Assembly: GCA_019686175.1 (NCBI GenBank)
Contig: JADGHJ010000001.1
Coordinates: 1 to 48,153 of the forward strand
Length of the DNA: 48,153 bases
Direction: 5' to 3'
From: Chloroflexota bacterium
Lineage (GTDB): Bacteria; Chloroflexota; UBA6077; JAJPHF01
The translations under genes were made by a program, and so were the position numbers. Shown piece by piece: positions 24,107 through 33,871 of the stretch (its first letter is position 1; each line of letters begins with the position of its first letter). Below the pieces are notes generated by a model. The model had not been told where the DNA came from. It saw only the letters and a list, made by a program, of their open reading frames with translations, and made no database searches.

Positions 24107-24942
24107 TGCTTCATGCCCCACTTCACCACGGTTTGCTGTTCGATGACGGTGAACAGCAGGTCGACCAGGATACCGAGCAGCGAGATCACTACCAGCCCTG
24201 CGAACACGTTGGCGGTGTTCAGGAAATAGCGGCTGTCGTTGATGTACCAGCCGAGCCCACCCGCGGCGCCAGCCACGCCGAACACCAACTCCGCAGCCAC
24301 CACCGTGCGCCAGCCGAACGCCCAGCCGGCCTTGAGGCCGGACAGGATGTGCGGGAGGGCAGCCGGCAGCAGCACGTCGACCACCAGCCGCAGGCCGCGG
24401 AGGCCGAGATTGCGCGCCACCATGTGCAGGGTGGGGCTGATGGTGCGGAAGCCCATGTCGGTGGCGATCGCGATGGGCCACAGGGTAGCCTGCACGATCA
24501 CGAAGATGATCGCCGTCTCGTTGAGCCCGAACCAGATCATAGCGAGAGGGAGCACGGCGATGGAGGGCAGCGGGTTGAGGATCGCGCTGAGCAGCGCCAG
24601 CAGGTCCTGGCCCGGGCGGAACAGCACGGCCAGCGAGGCGAGCGCGAACCCGGCCAACATGCCAAGCAGCGTGCCCACGACCAGGCTGTACAGCGTAGTG
24701 TAGGTGGCGGCGGGGATGCGGCCGCTCGCCAGGTCCTGCCACAGCGCCTGGGCCACGGCCAGCGGGGAGGGAATCAGCAATGGCGGCACGTTGCTGACCA
24801 CCACGTATCCCTGCCAGAGGACGAGCAGCCCGACGAGGATCAGGGCCCGTCGCAAGGTAGTCGGTAGGCCGCGCCGGGCGCGCGGCGCCGTTACTGGCGC
24901 GGGAGCGGCGAGAGCGAACTCGCCAGTCGTCTCGGTAGCCAT
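24097..24942 (-). CDS. ABC transporter permease (NitT/TauT family)
   Basis: In-frame part of ORF 24097-25065 from ATG 24942, with GGGAGGGA upstream. Six TM helices and an EAA-like loop (TISPTLHMVARNLGLRGLRLVVDVLLPAALP). Confidence 0.9.
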   Translation of the reverse strand: MATETTGEFALAAPAPVTAPRARRGLPTTLRRALILVGLLVLWQGYVVVSNVPPLLIPSPLAVAQALWQDLASGRIPAATYTTLYSLVVGTLLGMLAGFALASLAVLFRPGQDLLALLSAILNPLPSIAVLPLAMIWFGLNETAIIFVIVQATLWPIAIATDMGFRTISPTLHMVARNLGLRGLRLVVDVLLPAALPHILSGLKAGWAFGWRTVVAAELVFGVAGAAGGLGWYINDSRYFLNTANVFAGLVVISLLGILVDLLFTVIEQQTVVKWGMKHGV

Positions 24943-24955
24943 CGCGCTTCCCTCC

Positions 24956-25768
24956 CTACTCCGTGGCCTGGCCGGCGGGCACCGCGTCGCGCTTCGCCTG
25001 ACCCGGCGTGACCAGCAGCTCGCGCAGGTGGTGGGACAGCGCCACGAACGCCGGGCTCTCCACATCCTCGGCGGCCGCGGTGTCCACGATCTCGCGGATC
25101 ACTGCCGGGGCCGGGGTGAGCACTAGCACACGGTGGCCGAGGTACACCGCCTCCTGGATGGAGTGGGTGACCAGGATGATGGTCACGTGCGTGCGCCGCC
25201 AGATCTCGTTCAGCTCGCGCTGGAGCTGGCTGCGGGTGATGGCGTCGAGGGCGCCGAACGGCTCGTCGAGGAGCAGGATATCTGGCTCCAGCGCCAGGGC
25301 GCGGGCGATGGCGGCGCGCTGCTTCATGCCCCCCGAGAGCATGTGCGGGTACTTCGCGGCTGCGGCGTCGATGCCCACCAGCTTCAAGAAGTGGTGAGCG
25401 CGCGCCTCGGCGGTCGCCTTGGGCACGCCCTTCGCGGCGCGCATGGCGTACACCAGGTTGCCGAGCACGGTCCGCCAGGGGAACAGCTGGTCGAAGTCCT
25501 GGAACACCACCGCCCGATCTGGGCCCGGCTCATGGACCTCGCGGCCGGCCACCACGATGCGCCCGGCCGCGGGTGCGAGAAACCCGGCGATCGCTTTGAG
25601 CAGGGTGGTCTTGCCGCAGCCGGAGGGACCGATGACGACGAACTTCTCCCCAGGCCGTACCGTAAACGAAGCCTCGTCGATGGCCACGAACGGGCGCCCG
25701 TTGGGATCGCGATAGACGATCTTCACCCGCTCGACCGTGACGACCGCGTCCGCAGGTTGTCGCTCCAT
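24956..25768 (-). CDS. ABC transporter ATP-binding protein (NitT/TauT family)
   Basis: 270-aa ORF. Walker A GPSGCGKTT, signature LSGGMKQR, Walker B ILLLDEPFGALD, and H-loop THS. Confidence 0.93.
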   Translation of the reverse strand: MERQPADAVVTVERVKIVYRDPNGRPFVAIDEASFTVRPGEKFVVIGPSGCGKTTLLKAIAGFLAPAAGRIVVAGREVHEPGPDRAVVFQDFDQLFPWRTVLGNLVYAMRAAKGVPKATAEARAHHFLKLVGIDAAAAKYPHMLSGGMKQRAAIARALALEPDILLLDEPFGALDAITRSQLQRELNEIWRRTHVTIILVTHSIQEAVYLGHRVLVLTPAPAVIREIVDTAAAEDVESPAFVALSHHLRELLVTPGQAKRDAVPAGQATE

Positions 25769-25795
25769 GCCCGCTCGCCTCCCGCCAGGCCGTGC

Positions 25796-26815
25796 TCAGT
25801 CGCCGCTGTCGAGCGTGGGCAGCACCAGCTCGTGGATAGCGGTGGGCGCCTTGCTCATGAAGCCGGTGCTCTTCATGAACTCGGCATACTTCAAGAACCC
25901 GTGCGGCACGGTGCTGTAGCTCACGCCCTCGGCGGTCATCCACGTCTTGAACTGCTCGGCCGACACGCGGCCCTCTTGGTCCTCGCTAAGCAGGCGTGCG
26001 GCCTCGTCGATGTTGGTGTTGATCAACTGGGTGGCTTCGACCAGCAGGCGGTAGAAGGTCTGGGCGAACTGCGGATACTGGTCGTAGAAGCTCTGCAGCA
26101 TGAACACCGAGTTGAAGGTGCTCTTGCCGAAGTAGTCGAAGCTCTTCACGATCGCACGGCCCCCGGCCTGCACCTCCTCGAATTGGAACGGTGGCGAGGT
26201 GAGGTGGCCGGCGATCTGGCCGGCGGCGAGCGCCTGCACGCCCTCGGGGTGGGCCATGGCCACGATATTGTTGTCCAGCGCGCGCGGGTTGCCGAGCTGC
26301 TCCTGCGCCGCCTTGCGCAGCACCATGGCCTGAATGGAGTCGGGCGCCGGCATGGCGAGCTTCATGTCGGGCTTGATGTCGCGCAGGCTCTGGATGGCCG
26401 GGTCGCGCACCACCAGCCAGAGGTCCATCTCGTTGAGCGAGGAGAGCAGCTTCCAGCCCACACCGCGGTCCCAGCCGATCAGGAACGGGCCGACCCCGCC
26501 GGCGCCGACTTGGATCTGGCCGGCGATCATGCCGTCGCGGATCGCGGAGCCGCTGGCGAGGATTTTCCACTCGAACTGCGTGTTGGGGAAGGCGCGCTCG
26601 AGGGCCTTCTGCTGCTTGATGATGATCAGGTTGGCGTAGCCGATGCCGGGCTGATAGGCGATGGTTACCTTATCCGGCGCGGTGGCCGCCTGCGCGCCTT
26701 GCGGTGCCGCGGCCTGTGCGCCAGGGCTGGCTGAGGGCGCGGGGCGGGCGCAGCCTTGCAGCAGCCACAGGAACCCGATAGCGATGACGACCGAGGCTAA
26801 TAGACGCCTGTTCAT
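25796..26815 (-). CDS. NMT1-like ABC transporter substrate-binding lipoprotein (NitT/TauT family)
   Basis: In-frame part of ORF 25796-27205 from ATG 26815, with GAGGAGG upstream. The signal peptide and lipobox read MNRRLLASVVIAIGFLWLLQGC. Then VTIAYQPGIGYANLIIIKQQKALE... Confidence 0.88.
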   Translation of the reverse strand: MNRRLLASVVIAIGFLWLLQGCARPAPSASPGAQAAAPQGAQAATAPDKVTIAYQPGIGYANLIIIKQQKALERAFPNTQFEWKILASGSAIRDGMIAGQIQVGAGGVGPFLIGWDRGVGWKLLSSLNEMDLWLVVRDPAIQSLRDIKPDMKLAMPAPDSIQAMVLRKAAQEQLGNPRALDNNIVAMAHPEGVQALAAGQIAGHLTSPPFQFEEVQAGGRAIVKSFDYFGKSTFNSVFMLQSFYDQYPQFAQTFYRLLVEATQLINTNIDEAARLLSEDQEGRVSAEQFKTWMTAEGVSYSTVPHGFLKYAEFMKSTGFMSKAPTAIHELVLPTLDSGD

Positions 26816-26924
26816 GGATCCTCCTCGCCCGAGTCCACGCTCCGCAACGATCGACAATCGCTCCTCAACAGGCCCGATGGGGCGTAGCGATCGCCGCAGC
26901 GCGGCCGCCCCCGCTGCCCGCCGC

Positions 26925-27680
26925 TCACTGCCGCGCCCCGTTGCCCGACCGGGCGTCTTCCAGGCTGCGGAAGCGCTGCACGATCGCCCGCTCCACGCTG
27001 TCCAGGTGCTCCCACATCCGCTGGCGCGCGCCCTGCGCGTCGCGCCGCGCGATCGCCGCCAGTACCGCCCGGTGCTCGCCCACCGATCGCACCGCTCGCC
27101 CGGGGATACGCAGGCTCTCTTCCCGGCTGCTGGCCAGTAGATCGAGCAGGTTCTGCATGATCCGCAGTAGCACCCCGTTCTGCGCCGCCGCCGCCACCGC
27201 CACATGGAACGCCGCGTCGCAGCGGGCCAGCGCCGCTGGGTCGTCCAGCGCCGCTTCCGCCTCCGCGACCACTCGCTCGATGGCAGCGATCGCCTCGGGC
27301 GTGCCGCGCTCGGCGGCCCAGCCCGCGGCCTGCACCTCGATCAGCTTGCGGATCTCGAACAGCTCCTCGATGGACCCCTGCCGGATGCGCAGCAGCAGCG
27401 CGAAGTGGTCTGCGACCCCCTCGCGGCTGGCGATGAAGATGCCGGCGCCGCGCTTGACCTCCAGGATGCCCCGGCCCGCCAATAGTTTGATGGCGTCGCG
27501 CACCGCCGTGCGGCTGACCCCGAACCGCGCGGCCATCTCCCGCTCGGTTGGCAGGCGGTCGCCGGGCTGGAGCTGGCCGCGGGCGAGCAGCTCGCTGATC
27601 TGCGCCACGACTTTCTGGCTGAGCAGCACCCCGTCCGAGACCTGGCCGAACAGGCTCGGCGGAGTCTCTCGTACTCTCAT
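26925..27680 (-). CDS. GntR family transcriptional regulator (FadR/FCD subfamily)
   Basis: 251-aa ORF. The wHTH reads GDRLPTEREMAARFGVSRTAVRDAIKLLAGRGILEVKRGAGIF, followed by an FCD-type helical domain. Its ATG overlaps the upstream dehydrogenase stop in an ATGA overlap. Confidence 0.92.
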   Translation of the reverse strand: MRVRETPPSLFGQVSDGVLLSQKVVAQISELLARGQLQPGDRLPTEREMAARFGVSRTAVRDAIKLLAGRGILEVKRGAGIFIASREGVADHFALLLRIRQGSIEELFEIRKLIEVQAAGWAAERGTPEAIAAIERVVAEAEAALDDPAALARCDAAFHVAVAAAAQNGVLLRIMQNLLDLLASSREESLRIPGRAVRSVGEHRAVLAAIARRDAQGARQRMWEHLDSVERAIVQRFRSLEDARSGNGARQ

Positions 27681-28762
27681 CCCAGGTGTCCCTCTAGCGA
27701 TGATGGGGCGGATGGCGCGCCTAGCCGGTCAGCCAGCCCGAGCCGCGCCGCCCAGGTGTCCAGTGCCGCCACCGTGGCGGCCGGAAGCGTGATCCCCTCG
27801 GCTAGCGCCCGTCGCCGCGCCGCCGCCCGCCGCGCGCCCGGCAGACGAATCGCCGCGCTCCCCTCGGCTGGTGGCACGTCCCGCAGCTCGGCCAGCAGCA
27901 CCTCGAGGCGCCGGCGAAACACGCCGCGCTCGCCGAAGCGATCCGGATCGATAGCGATGAACAGATGTCCAACGTCGGCGGGCGCATCGGTGTCGTCGAG
28001 GATCTGGGTGACGTGCGGTCCCCAAGCCGCGCCGGCCAGCACGCCCGTGAGCACCTCGACCGCCAGCGCCAGGGCGAAGCCCTTCGGCCCGCCCAACGGC
28101 AGCAGGGCGCCGGCCAGCGCCGCCGCGGGGTCGGTAGTGGGCTGCCCCGTACGGTCGAGCGCCCAGCCCAGCGGAATGGCCTGTCCCTCCTGCCGGGCCT
28201 GCAAGATCTTGCCCCGGGCGACCACGCTCAGCGACAGGTCGATCACCAGCGGCTCGTCGTCCGTCGGGAAGGCGAAGGCCATAGGGTTGGTGCCCAGGTA
28301 CGGCGCGGCGCCGCCGGGCGGTGCGAGGGCCGGCGGGGTGTTGGTCAGCGCCACGCCGACGTAGCCCGCGGCCGCCGCCCGCTCGGCGTAGTAGCCCGCC
28401 ACGCCGAAGTGGTTGCTGCGGCGCACGGCCACCACGCCGGCGCCAGCGGCGCACGCCAGCCGGATCGCCTCCTCCATGGCGACTAGGGCGACCACCGGCC
28501 CCAGCGCCTGCCGGCCGTCCACGAGCGCAGTGGCCGGGCCCGTGGGGACGATCTCCGGCCGCGCGCGGGGGTCGATCTGCTCGCGAGCGATGGCGGCGAG
28601 GTAGGTGGGCAGCCGCAGCACGCCGTGCGAGCCGTTGTCGTCCAGGTCGGCGGCCACCAGCACGCGGGCACAGGTGACGGCGGCGTCGCCCGGCACGCCC
28701 GCAGCGGCCAGCAGCGCAGCCGCGAAGCCTTGCATGCGGTCGACCGACACCCGCACCGTCAT
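27677..28762 (-). CDS. Ldh_2 family (malate/L-lactate/sulfolactate dehydrogenase type 2) oxidoreductase
   Basis: In-frame part of ORF 27677-29107 from ATG 28762. Motifs: DNGSHGVLRLPTY, VAVRRSNHFGVAGYYA, PYLGTNPMAFAFP, LPLGGPKGFALAL, and GHLFIAIDP. Confidence 0.88.
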   Translation of the reverse strand: MTVRVSVDRMQGFAAALLAAAGVPGDAAVTCARVLVAADLDDNGSHGVLRLPTYLAAIAREQIDPRARPEIVPTGPATALVDGRQALGPVVALVAMEEAIRLACAAGAGVVAVRRSNHFGVAGYYAERAAAAGYVGVALTNTPPALAPPGGAAPYLGTNPMAFAFPTDDEPLVIDLSLSVVARGKILQARQEGQAIPLGWALDRTGQPTTDPAAALAGALLPLGGPKGFALALAVEVLTGVLAGAAWGPHVTQILDDTDAPADVGHLFIAIDPDRFGERGVFRRRLEVLLAELRDVPPAEGSAAIRLPGARRAAARRRALAEGITLPAATVAALDTWAARLGLADRLGAPSAPSSLEGHLG

Positions 28763-28803
28763 TCCCGCCTCCGCGGTCCGTGCACTGAGCGGGCTGCCCG
28801 CCA

Positions 28804-29979
28804 CTACGCGCTGGGATAGAGCTTGGTGAGCACGAACTCGCGGTGGCCGAGCACCTCGGCGGCCGTCAGCCGGCCGTTGGCGGTGCGCACGATCATGTCC
28901 ATGATCAGGTCCCCTGCCTGCTCCAGGGTCAGCGAGCCGTCGAGAATGCCACTCACATCGACGTCGATGTGCTCGCGCATGCTGGCCACCGTCTTCGGAT
29001 TGGCGCTGATCTTGATCACGGGCTCGATGGGGTGGCCGATGATGTTGCCCTGGCCGGTGGTGAACAGGTGGATCTGGGCGCCGGCGGCGGCCATGAGGGT
29101 CACGCACTCGGCAGCGGCCGATGAGGTGTCCATGAAGTACAGGCCGCGCGGCGCGTCGCCGTCGGTTGGCGGCGCCTCAGCCGGGCCGAGCACGCCGACC
29201 ACTAGCGAGCGGCGGCCGATCTTCTGCACGTTGCCCAGCGCCTTCTCCTCGATGGTGGTGAGGCCGCCGGCGATGTTGCCCTCGGTGGGCTGCGAGCCGA
29301 GCAGGCTCACCCCGCGCGACTCGATGGCGGCCACGTAGCGGCGGTGCGTCTCCAGGAATTGCTGGCGGACGGCCGGGGTGGCGCAGCGGGCGGCCACGAG
29401 GTCCTCGGCGCCGGTCACCTCGCTCGTCTCGCCGAAGTACACCACATTGCCGGCGGCGGTGAGCCGGTCGCACACCTCGCCGATCGCCGGGTTGGAGGCC
29501 AGGCCCGTGGTGGTGTCCGACTCGCCGCACTTCATGCTGATGGTCAGGGCGGTGAGTGGCGCCGGCTCGCGGCGCAGCTCCGAGGCATACTGCATGAATT
29601 CGGCGGCCTTGCGCGCCGCCTGCTCGATGACCTTGAGGTCGCCACGGCCCTCGATGCTAATACCCCACACCGGCTTGCCCGTCGGGGCGATGCCGTCCAC
29701 CACGCGCTGGGCCCATTTCGGCTCGATGCAGATGACCACCACCGCCGCCACGTTCGGGTTGCAGCCTGTGCCGATCAGGGTGCGGAAGTGCAACTCGAGG
29801 TCCTCGCCATACTGCAGGCGACCGTAGGGGTGCGGCAGGGCGAGGGTACCGGGGATGAGCGCGGCGACATGCTCGGCGGCGGCGTTGGACAGGTCGTCCA
29901 CGGGCAGGATGACCACGTGGTTGCGCACGCCGATCCGGCCGTCGGGCCGGCGATAGCCGTAGATGGTCGTCTCAGACAT
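28804..29979 (-). CDS. UxaA-family dehydratase/lyase large subunit (SuyB-like)
   Basis: ORF 28804-29988. Motifs: [68 protein letters not shown], and [11 protein letters not shown] 29979 is preferred, with GGAG 8 nt upstream. Confidence 0.88.
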   Translation of the reverse strand: MSETTIYGYRRPDGRIGVRNHVVILPVDDLSNAAAEHVAALIPGTLALPHPYGRLQYGEDLELHFRTLIGTGCNPNVAAVVVICIEPKWAQRVVDGIAPTGKPVWGISIEGRGDLKVIEQAARKAAEFMQYASELRREPAPLTALTISMKCGESDTTTGLASNPAIGEVCDRLTAAGNVVYFGETSEVTGAEDLVAARCATPAVRQQFLETHRRYVAAIESRGVSLLGSQPTEGNIAGGLTTIEEKALGNVQKIGRRSLVVGVLGPAEAPPTDGDAPRGLYFMDTSSAAAECVTLMAAAGAQIHLFTTGQGNIIGHPIEPVIKISANPKTVASMREHIDVDVSGILDGSLTLEQAGDLIMDMIVRTANGRLTAAEVLGHREFVLTKLYPSA

Positions 29980-30009
29980 ATCTGGCACTCCGCAGGGCGA
30001 CTCGGTGGC

Positions 30010-30327
30010 CTAGACGGACGTGGCGGCCTCTTCGAGCACCGAGGCACGCCACCGGATGCTGCGCAGGTTGTGGGTGTGCACGTGCTCGCCTTGCTTGATG
30101 TCGCGGGTCGCTTCGCCGATGGGCTGGTTGTACTTCAGCACGGTCTCGCCACGGCGAATATCCCGCAGCGCGAGCTTGTGGCCGAGCGGGATGTCGCTGC
30201 GGGCCCGGAGCACAACCGGCCGGCGGTCGGCCATCACCAGGCCCTCGACCAGCTCTCCCGCGGCGATATCGGCCACGGCGACACCGACCATGTCCTCCGG
30301 CTCATGCACGAGAAACTTGTGCGCCAT
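30010..30327 (-). CDS. UxaA-family small subunit, SAF domain (SuyA-like)
   Basis: ORF 30010-30360. Reads VGVAVADIAAGE...IPLGHKLALRDIRRGETVLKYNQPIGEATRDIKQGEHVHTHNL. ATG 30327 is preferred because the predicted transcription start leaves almost no leader for ATG 30360. Confidence 0.85.
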   Translation of the reverse strand: MAHKFLVHEPEDMVGVAVADIAAGELVEGLVMADRRPVVLRARSDIPLGHKLALRDIRRGETVLKYNQPIGEATRDIKQGEHVHTHNLRSIRWRASVLEEAATSV

Positions 30328-30370
30328 CGCCAGCCCCCCACGGTCGGGCAAATTGGTCATACCTAGTACT

Positions 30371-30389
30371 GGGCATTGTAGGTATGCCC
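30371..30389. promoter_or_regulatory. candidate operator (inverted repeat overlapping the -10 box)
   Basis: GGGCAT-tgtaggt-ATGCCC, perfect 6-bp arms with a 7-nt spacer. It overlaps the TACAAT box and spacer of the promoter above. It is a plausible site for the operon-encoded GntR regulator. Confidence 0.4.
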
Positions 30390-30403
30390 TCTGGCTCTGT
30401 CAA
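30375..30403 (-). promoter_or_regulatory. near-consensus sigma70-type promoter of the SuyAB-like operon
   Basis: On the minus strand: TTGACA (30403-30398), exactly 17 nt, TACAAT (30380-30375). Confidence 0.65.
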
Positions 30404-30592
30404 CGGCCCGAGTGCACCGGTGTCGAAGTGCCCACAGCTCCCCAGTGGGATACTGCTCGAAGCTCGGCTATGATAGCCTCCAGCAGTCAGGCGAGGGACC
30501 TGTCTGAGCGCGGGGAGCCACGAGCGCTACGTTGGTTGAGGCGCGGGGTGAGCGATCAAGGCTGCGAGGTCGCGGCAGGCGCCGTGCGACAG

Positions 30593-33500
30593 ATGGCAGC
30601 CGGTGTGAGCCTGTCGCACTGCGCCGACGTGCTCGAGCGCCCGTTTCGGGCCATCATCTTCGATTGGGACGGCACGGCGGTCGTCCATCGGGCGGAGGAC
30701 GCCACGCCGCTGGCCGAGCGGGTCGCGGCGCTCCTGCGGCTCCGGGTGTGGATCGTCGTCGTAACCGGGACCCATTTCGGGCATATCGACCGGCAGCTCT
30801 GCCGCCACCTCGCCCCCAGCATCCGGCGCTACCTGCTGGTCTGCACGAACCGCGGCTCCGAGGTCTACGGGTTCGATCGCCACGGCACAGTTGTGCGCCG
30901 GTGGTGTCGGCTCGCGACGCCGCAGGAGGAACAGCAGCTCACGGCCATCGCCGAGGCGGTCCGCGACCAGCTAGTGGCTCGCACGGGGCTCGAGATCGGC
31001 ATCGTCTACGACCGGCTGAACCGTCGGAAGATCGATTTGATCCCCCTGCCGGAGTGGGCCGACCCGCCCAAGGACCGGATCGGTGAGTTGCTGCAGGCGG
31101 TCGAGGCGCGCCTGCGGGGCGCGGGGCTCGCTGGTGGGTTGGCCGAGGCGCTCGAGATGACCCGGCGTATAGCCGCCGCGCACGGCCTAGCCACCGCGCG
31201 GATCACGAGCGACGTGAAACATATCGAGGTGGGGCTCACCGACAAGGGCGATGCGGTCGCCTGGATTCGCCACCACCTGCTGCAGCCGCGGCACCTCCCT
31301 CTCAGCGAGGTGCTCATCGTGGGCGACGAGTTCGGGCCGCTAGCCGGCTTCGCGGGCAGCGACGACCGCATGCGCCAGGAAGCGCCGGGGGCGGTCGTGG
31401 TCTCGGTAGGGGTGGAGCCCAACGGGGTGCCGGTGGGCGTGCTGCACCTCGGCGGTGGGCCGGCCCGCTTCCGCGACTTGCTCGTCGCGCAGCTCCTCCA
31501 GCATCGTCAGCGCGCCCTGGCTGCACACGCGCTACAGTCATGCCGACGAGCCCTGGAGGCTCGCGGCTGGCTCGAGCACGCGCTGACCGCGCCAGAGGCG
31601 CCAGGCTGGCAGCTCCAGGCGCGCGGCTATCGGCCCGCGCTCGAGCACGAGATCGAGAGCCGCTTTGCAGTCAGCAACGGGTTACTGGGCGTGCGCGGCT
31701 CGTTGGAGACTCCTACCCTCGCCTCGCGGCCGCGGACCTTTGTGGCCGGACTCTACTATACGCCGCGCGACTCGCCGGTGCCGATCTTGTTGTGGGGACC
31801 GGACTGGCTCCGGCTTCAGCTCTGGCTGGATGGCGAAGCGCTCCGGCTCGATCACGAGCCAGTCGAGGGGCACTGCCGCACTCTCGATCTACAGCGAGGG
31901 ATGCTGGTGAGCGAGTGGTGCTATCGCGACCAGCGTGGGCGTGCTATCCGCCTGCGCACCGCGCGCTGGGTGTCGCTCGCCAACCGCGCACTGGCCGTGC
32001 AGCTCGCACGTATCGACGTCGCAGAGCCGCTGGTGATCGTGCTGGAGGCGCGGCTAGAGCCACCCAATAACGCCCTGGACCTCCTGCGCGCGGAGGCAGG
32101 CCTGACGCTCTGGGGGGCGGCCGAGTCGCCCCATCGGCTGGCGGTCGCCAGCCGCGTGCAGCTTATGCTCGACGGTCGGCCGCTTGCTCCCACAGCGGAC
32201 GGGGACGTGCTCCGGCAACGCTGGGCCTGGTTGGCGCTGCCGGACCAGCCCGCCACTCTGTGGCGTGTGGTCGCCATGGCGCGGGGGGAGACCGAGGCGG
32301 GGCCGGCGGGCGCCGCGCGGCGCGCTTTGGGCCGGGCACAACGCGGGGGCGCGTCTCGACTGTTGGCCGCGCATACGCGAGCGTGGGCCCAGCGCTGGGC
32401 AGCCAGTGACGTCGCGGTGGAAGGCGATGACGCGGCCCAGCGGGCGCTTCGCTTTGCTATCTACCATCTCATCAGTGCGGCCAACCCTCAGGACGATCGC
32501 GTGTCGATCGGTGCCCGCGCGCTGACGGGTGATGCGTATCTCGGCCACGTCTTCTGGGATACCGAGATCTTTCTCGTGCCCTTTTACACGCTCACCTGGC
32601 CGGCCGCCGCCCGCGCGCTGCTGATGTACCGCTACCACACCTTGCCCGGCGCCCGCGCGAAAGCCGCCCGGCTGGGCTTCCGCGGCGCGCTCTACGCCTG
32701 GGAGTCCACCGACACTGGGGAGGAAGCGACGCCGCCCTACGTCATCGGCCCGGAGGGGGAAGTCATCCCGATCCGCTGTGGCACCGAAGAGCAGCATATC
32801 AGCGCTGACATTGCTTATGCGGTCTGGCAGTACTGGTCGGCCACCCAGGACACGCGCTTCCTGCTGGACGCAGGCGCCGAGATCATCCTAGAGACCGCCC
32901 GCTTCTGGGCTAGCCGAGCCGCGCGGGAAGCGGATGGCCGCTATCACATCCGCGGGGTTATCGGGCCCGACGAGTACCACGAGGGCGTCGACGACAACGC
33001 CTACACCAATGTCCTGGCGCAGTGGAATCTGGAACGCGGTGTGGAGGTTGCGGCGCTCCTGCAGGCGCGCTGGCCGGCGCACTGGGCGGCGCTGGCCGCG
33101 CGCCTCGAGCTTGGGGCAGCGGAGCTGGAGGCGTGGCGAGCCATCGCCGCGGCCATGTACACCGGCTTCGACCCCGTGACCGGGCTCTTCGAGCAATTCC
33201 GCGGCTACTTCGGGCTCGAGCCCATCGATCTGGCGGCCTACGAGCCGCGGACCGCTCCCATGGACGTGCTGCTGGGCCGGGAGCGGACCCAGCGCTCGCA
33301 AGTGATCAAGCAGGCCGACGTGGTGATGCTCCTGATGCTCCTCTGGGAGCGCTTCCCGGCGCACGTGCGGGCCGCCAACTTCCGCTACTACGAGCCGCGC
33401 TGTGGGCACGGCAGCTCGCTGAGCCCGCCAGTGCATGCGGTCGTAGCCGCCCGGCTCGGCCACGTGACGCTCGCCGAGCGGTACTTCCGCCAGGCAGCGG

Positions 33501-33871
33501 CGATCGACCTCGACGACACGATGGGCAACGCCTCGGGCGGCGTGCATATCGCCGCGCTAGGCGGTCTGTGGCAGGCGGCAGTGTTCGGCTTTGCGGGGTT
33601 GAGCCTGCGGGCGGATGGCCTACGCCTGGCGCCGCAGCTCCCCGCGACGTGGGAGGCGCTGCGCTTCCGGGTCCAGTGGCGGGGCCGCCAGGTGCAGTGC
33701 GTCATCCGCCAAGAGCCGCCGCAGCTCACGGCGATTCTCGAGCGGGGCGCCCCGCTGCGGCTGTACCTGGGTACCCAGGTACAGGTCCTGCGGCGCGGCC
33801 AGCCGTGGACGGCGGATTGGACCGCGATGGCGCGGCGGTCGACGAGGGACGAACATGACGGCGCAGCCTAG
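30593..33871 (+). CDS. fusion protein: HAD-IIB-type phosphatase domain + glycoside hydrolase family 65 (phosphorylase/hydrolase) domains
   Basis: In-frame part of ORF 30020-33871; the first ~570 nt of that ORF are antisense to the SuyA-like gene. HAD motifs: IIFDWDGTAV, VVVTGT and IVGDEFG...GSDD. GH65 motifs: RFAVSNGLLGVRGS, YHLISAANP, GHVFWDTEIF, GTEEQHISADIAYAVWQY (catalytic Glu region), and IGPDEYHEGVDDNAYTN. The start is uncertain: ATG 30593, GTG 30548 or an upstream TTG. Confidence 0.85.
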   Translation: MAAGVSLSHCADVLERPFRAIIFDWDGTAVVHRAEDATPLAERVAALLRLRVWIVVVTGTHFGHIDRQLCRHLAPSIRRYLLVCTNRGSEVYGFDRHGTVVRRWCRLATPQEEQQLTAIAEAVRDQLVARTGLEIGIVYDRLNRRKIDLIPLPEWADPPKDRIGELLQAVEARLRGAGLAGGLAEALEMTRRIAAAHGLATARITSDVKHIEVGLTDKGDAVAWIRHHLLQPRHLPLSEVLIVGDEFGPLAGFAGSDDRMRQEAPGAVVVSVGVEPNGVPVGVLHLGGGPARFRDLLVAQLLQHRQRALAAHALQSCRRALEARGWLEHALTAPEAPGWQLQARGYRPALEHEIESRFAVSNGLLGVRGSLETPTLASRPRTFVAGLYYTPRDSPVPILLWGPDWLRLQLWLDGEALRLDHEPVEGHCRTLDLQRGMLVSEWCYRDQRGRAIRLRTARWVSLANRALAVQLARIDVAEPLVIVLEARLEPPNNALDLLRAEAGLTLWGAAESPHRLAVASRVQLMLDGRPLAPTADGDVLRQRWAWLALPDQPATLWRVVAMARGETEAGPAGAARRALGRAQRGGASRLLAAHTRAWAQRWAASDVAVEGDDAAQRALRFAIYHLISAANPQDDRVSIGARALTGDAYLGHVFWDTEIFLVPFYTLTWPAAARALLMYRYHTLPGARAKAARLGFRGALYAWESTDTGEEATPPYVIGPEGEVIPIRCGTEEQHISADIAYAVWQYWSATQDTRFLLDAGAEIILETARFWASRAAREADGRYHIRGVIGPDEYHEGVDDNAYTNVLAQWNLERGVEVAALLQARWPAHWAALAARLELGAAELEAWRAIAAAMYTGFDPVTGLFEQFRGYFGLEPIDLAAYEPRTAPMDVLLGRERTQRSQVIKQADVVMLLMLLWERFPAHVRAANFRYYEPRCGHGSSLSPPVHAVVAARLGHVTLAERYFRQAAAIDLDDTMGNASGGVHIAALGGLWQAAVFGFAGLSLRADGLRLAPQLPATWEALRFRVQWRGRQVQCVIRQEPPQLTAILERGAPLRLYLGTQVQVLRRGQPWTADWTAMARRSTRDEHDGAA

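Noticed and set aside
30020-30592. N-terminal 190 codons of the 1283-aa track ORF, which would make the GH65 fusion even longer.
   Set aside because: This part is antisense to the well-supported SuyA-like gene and its promoter. It has junk composition (SSTEARHRMLRRLWVCTCSP...) and precedes the first HAD motif. The real start is taken at or shortly before 30593.
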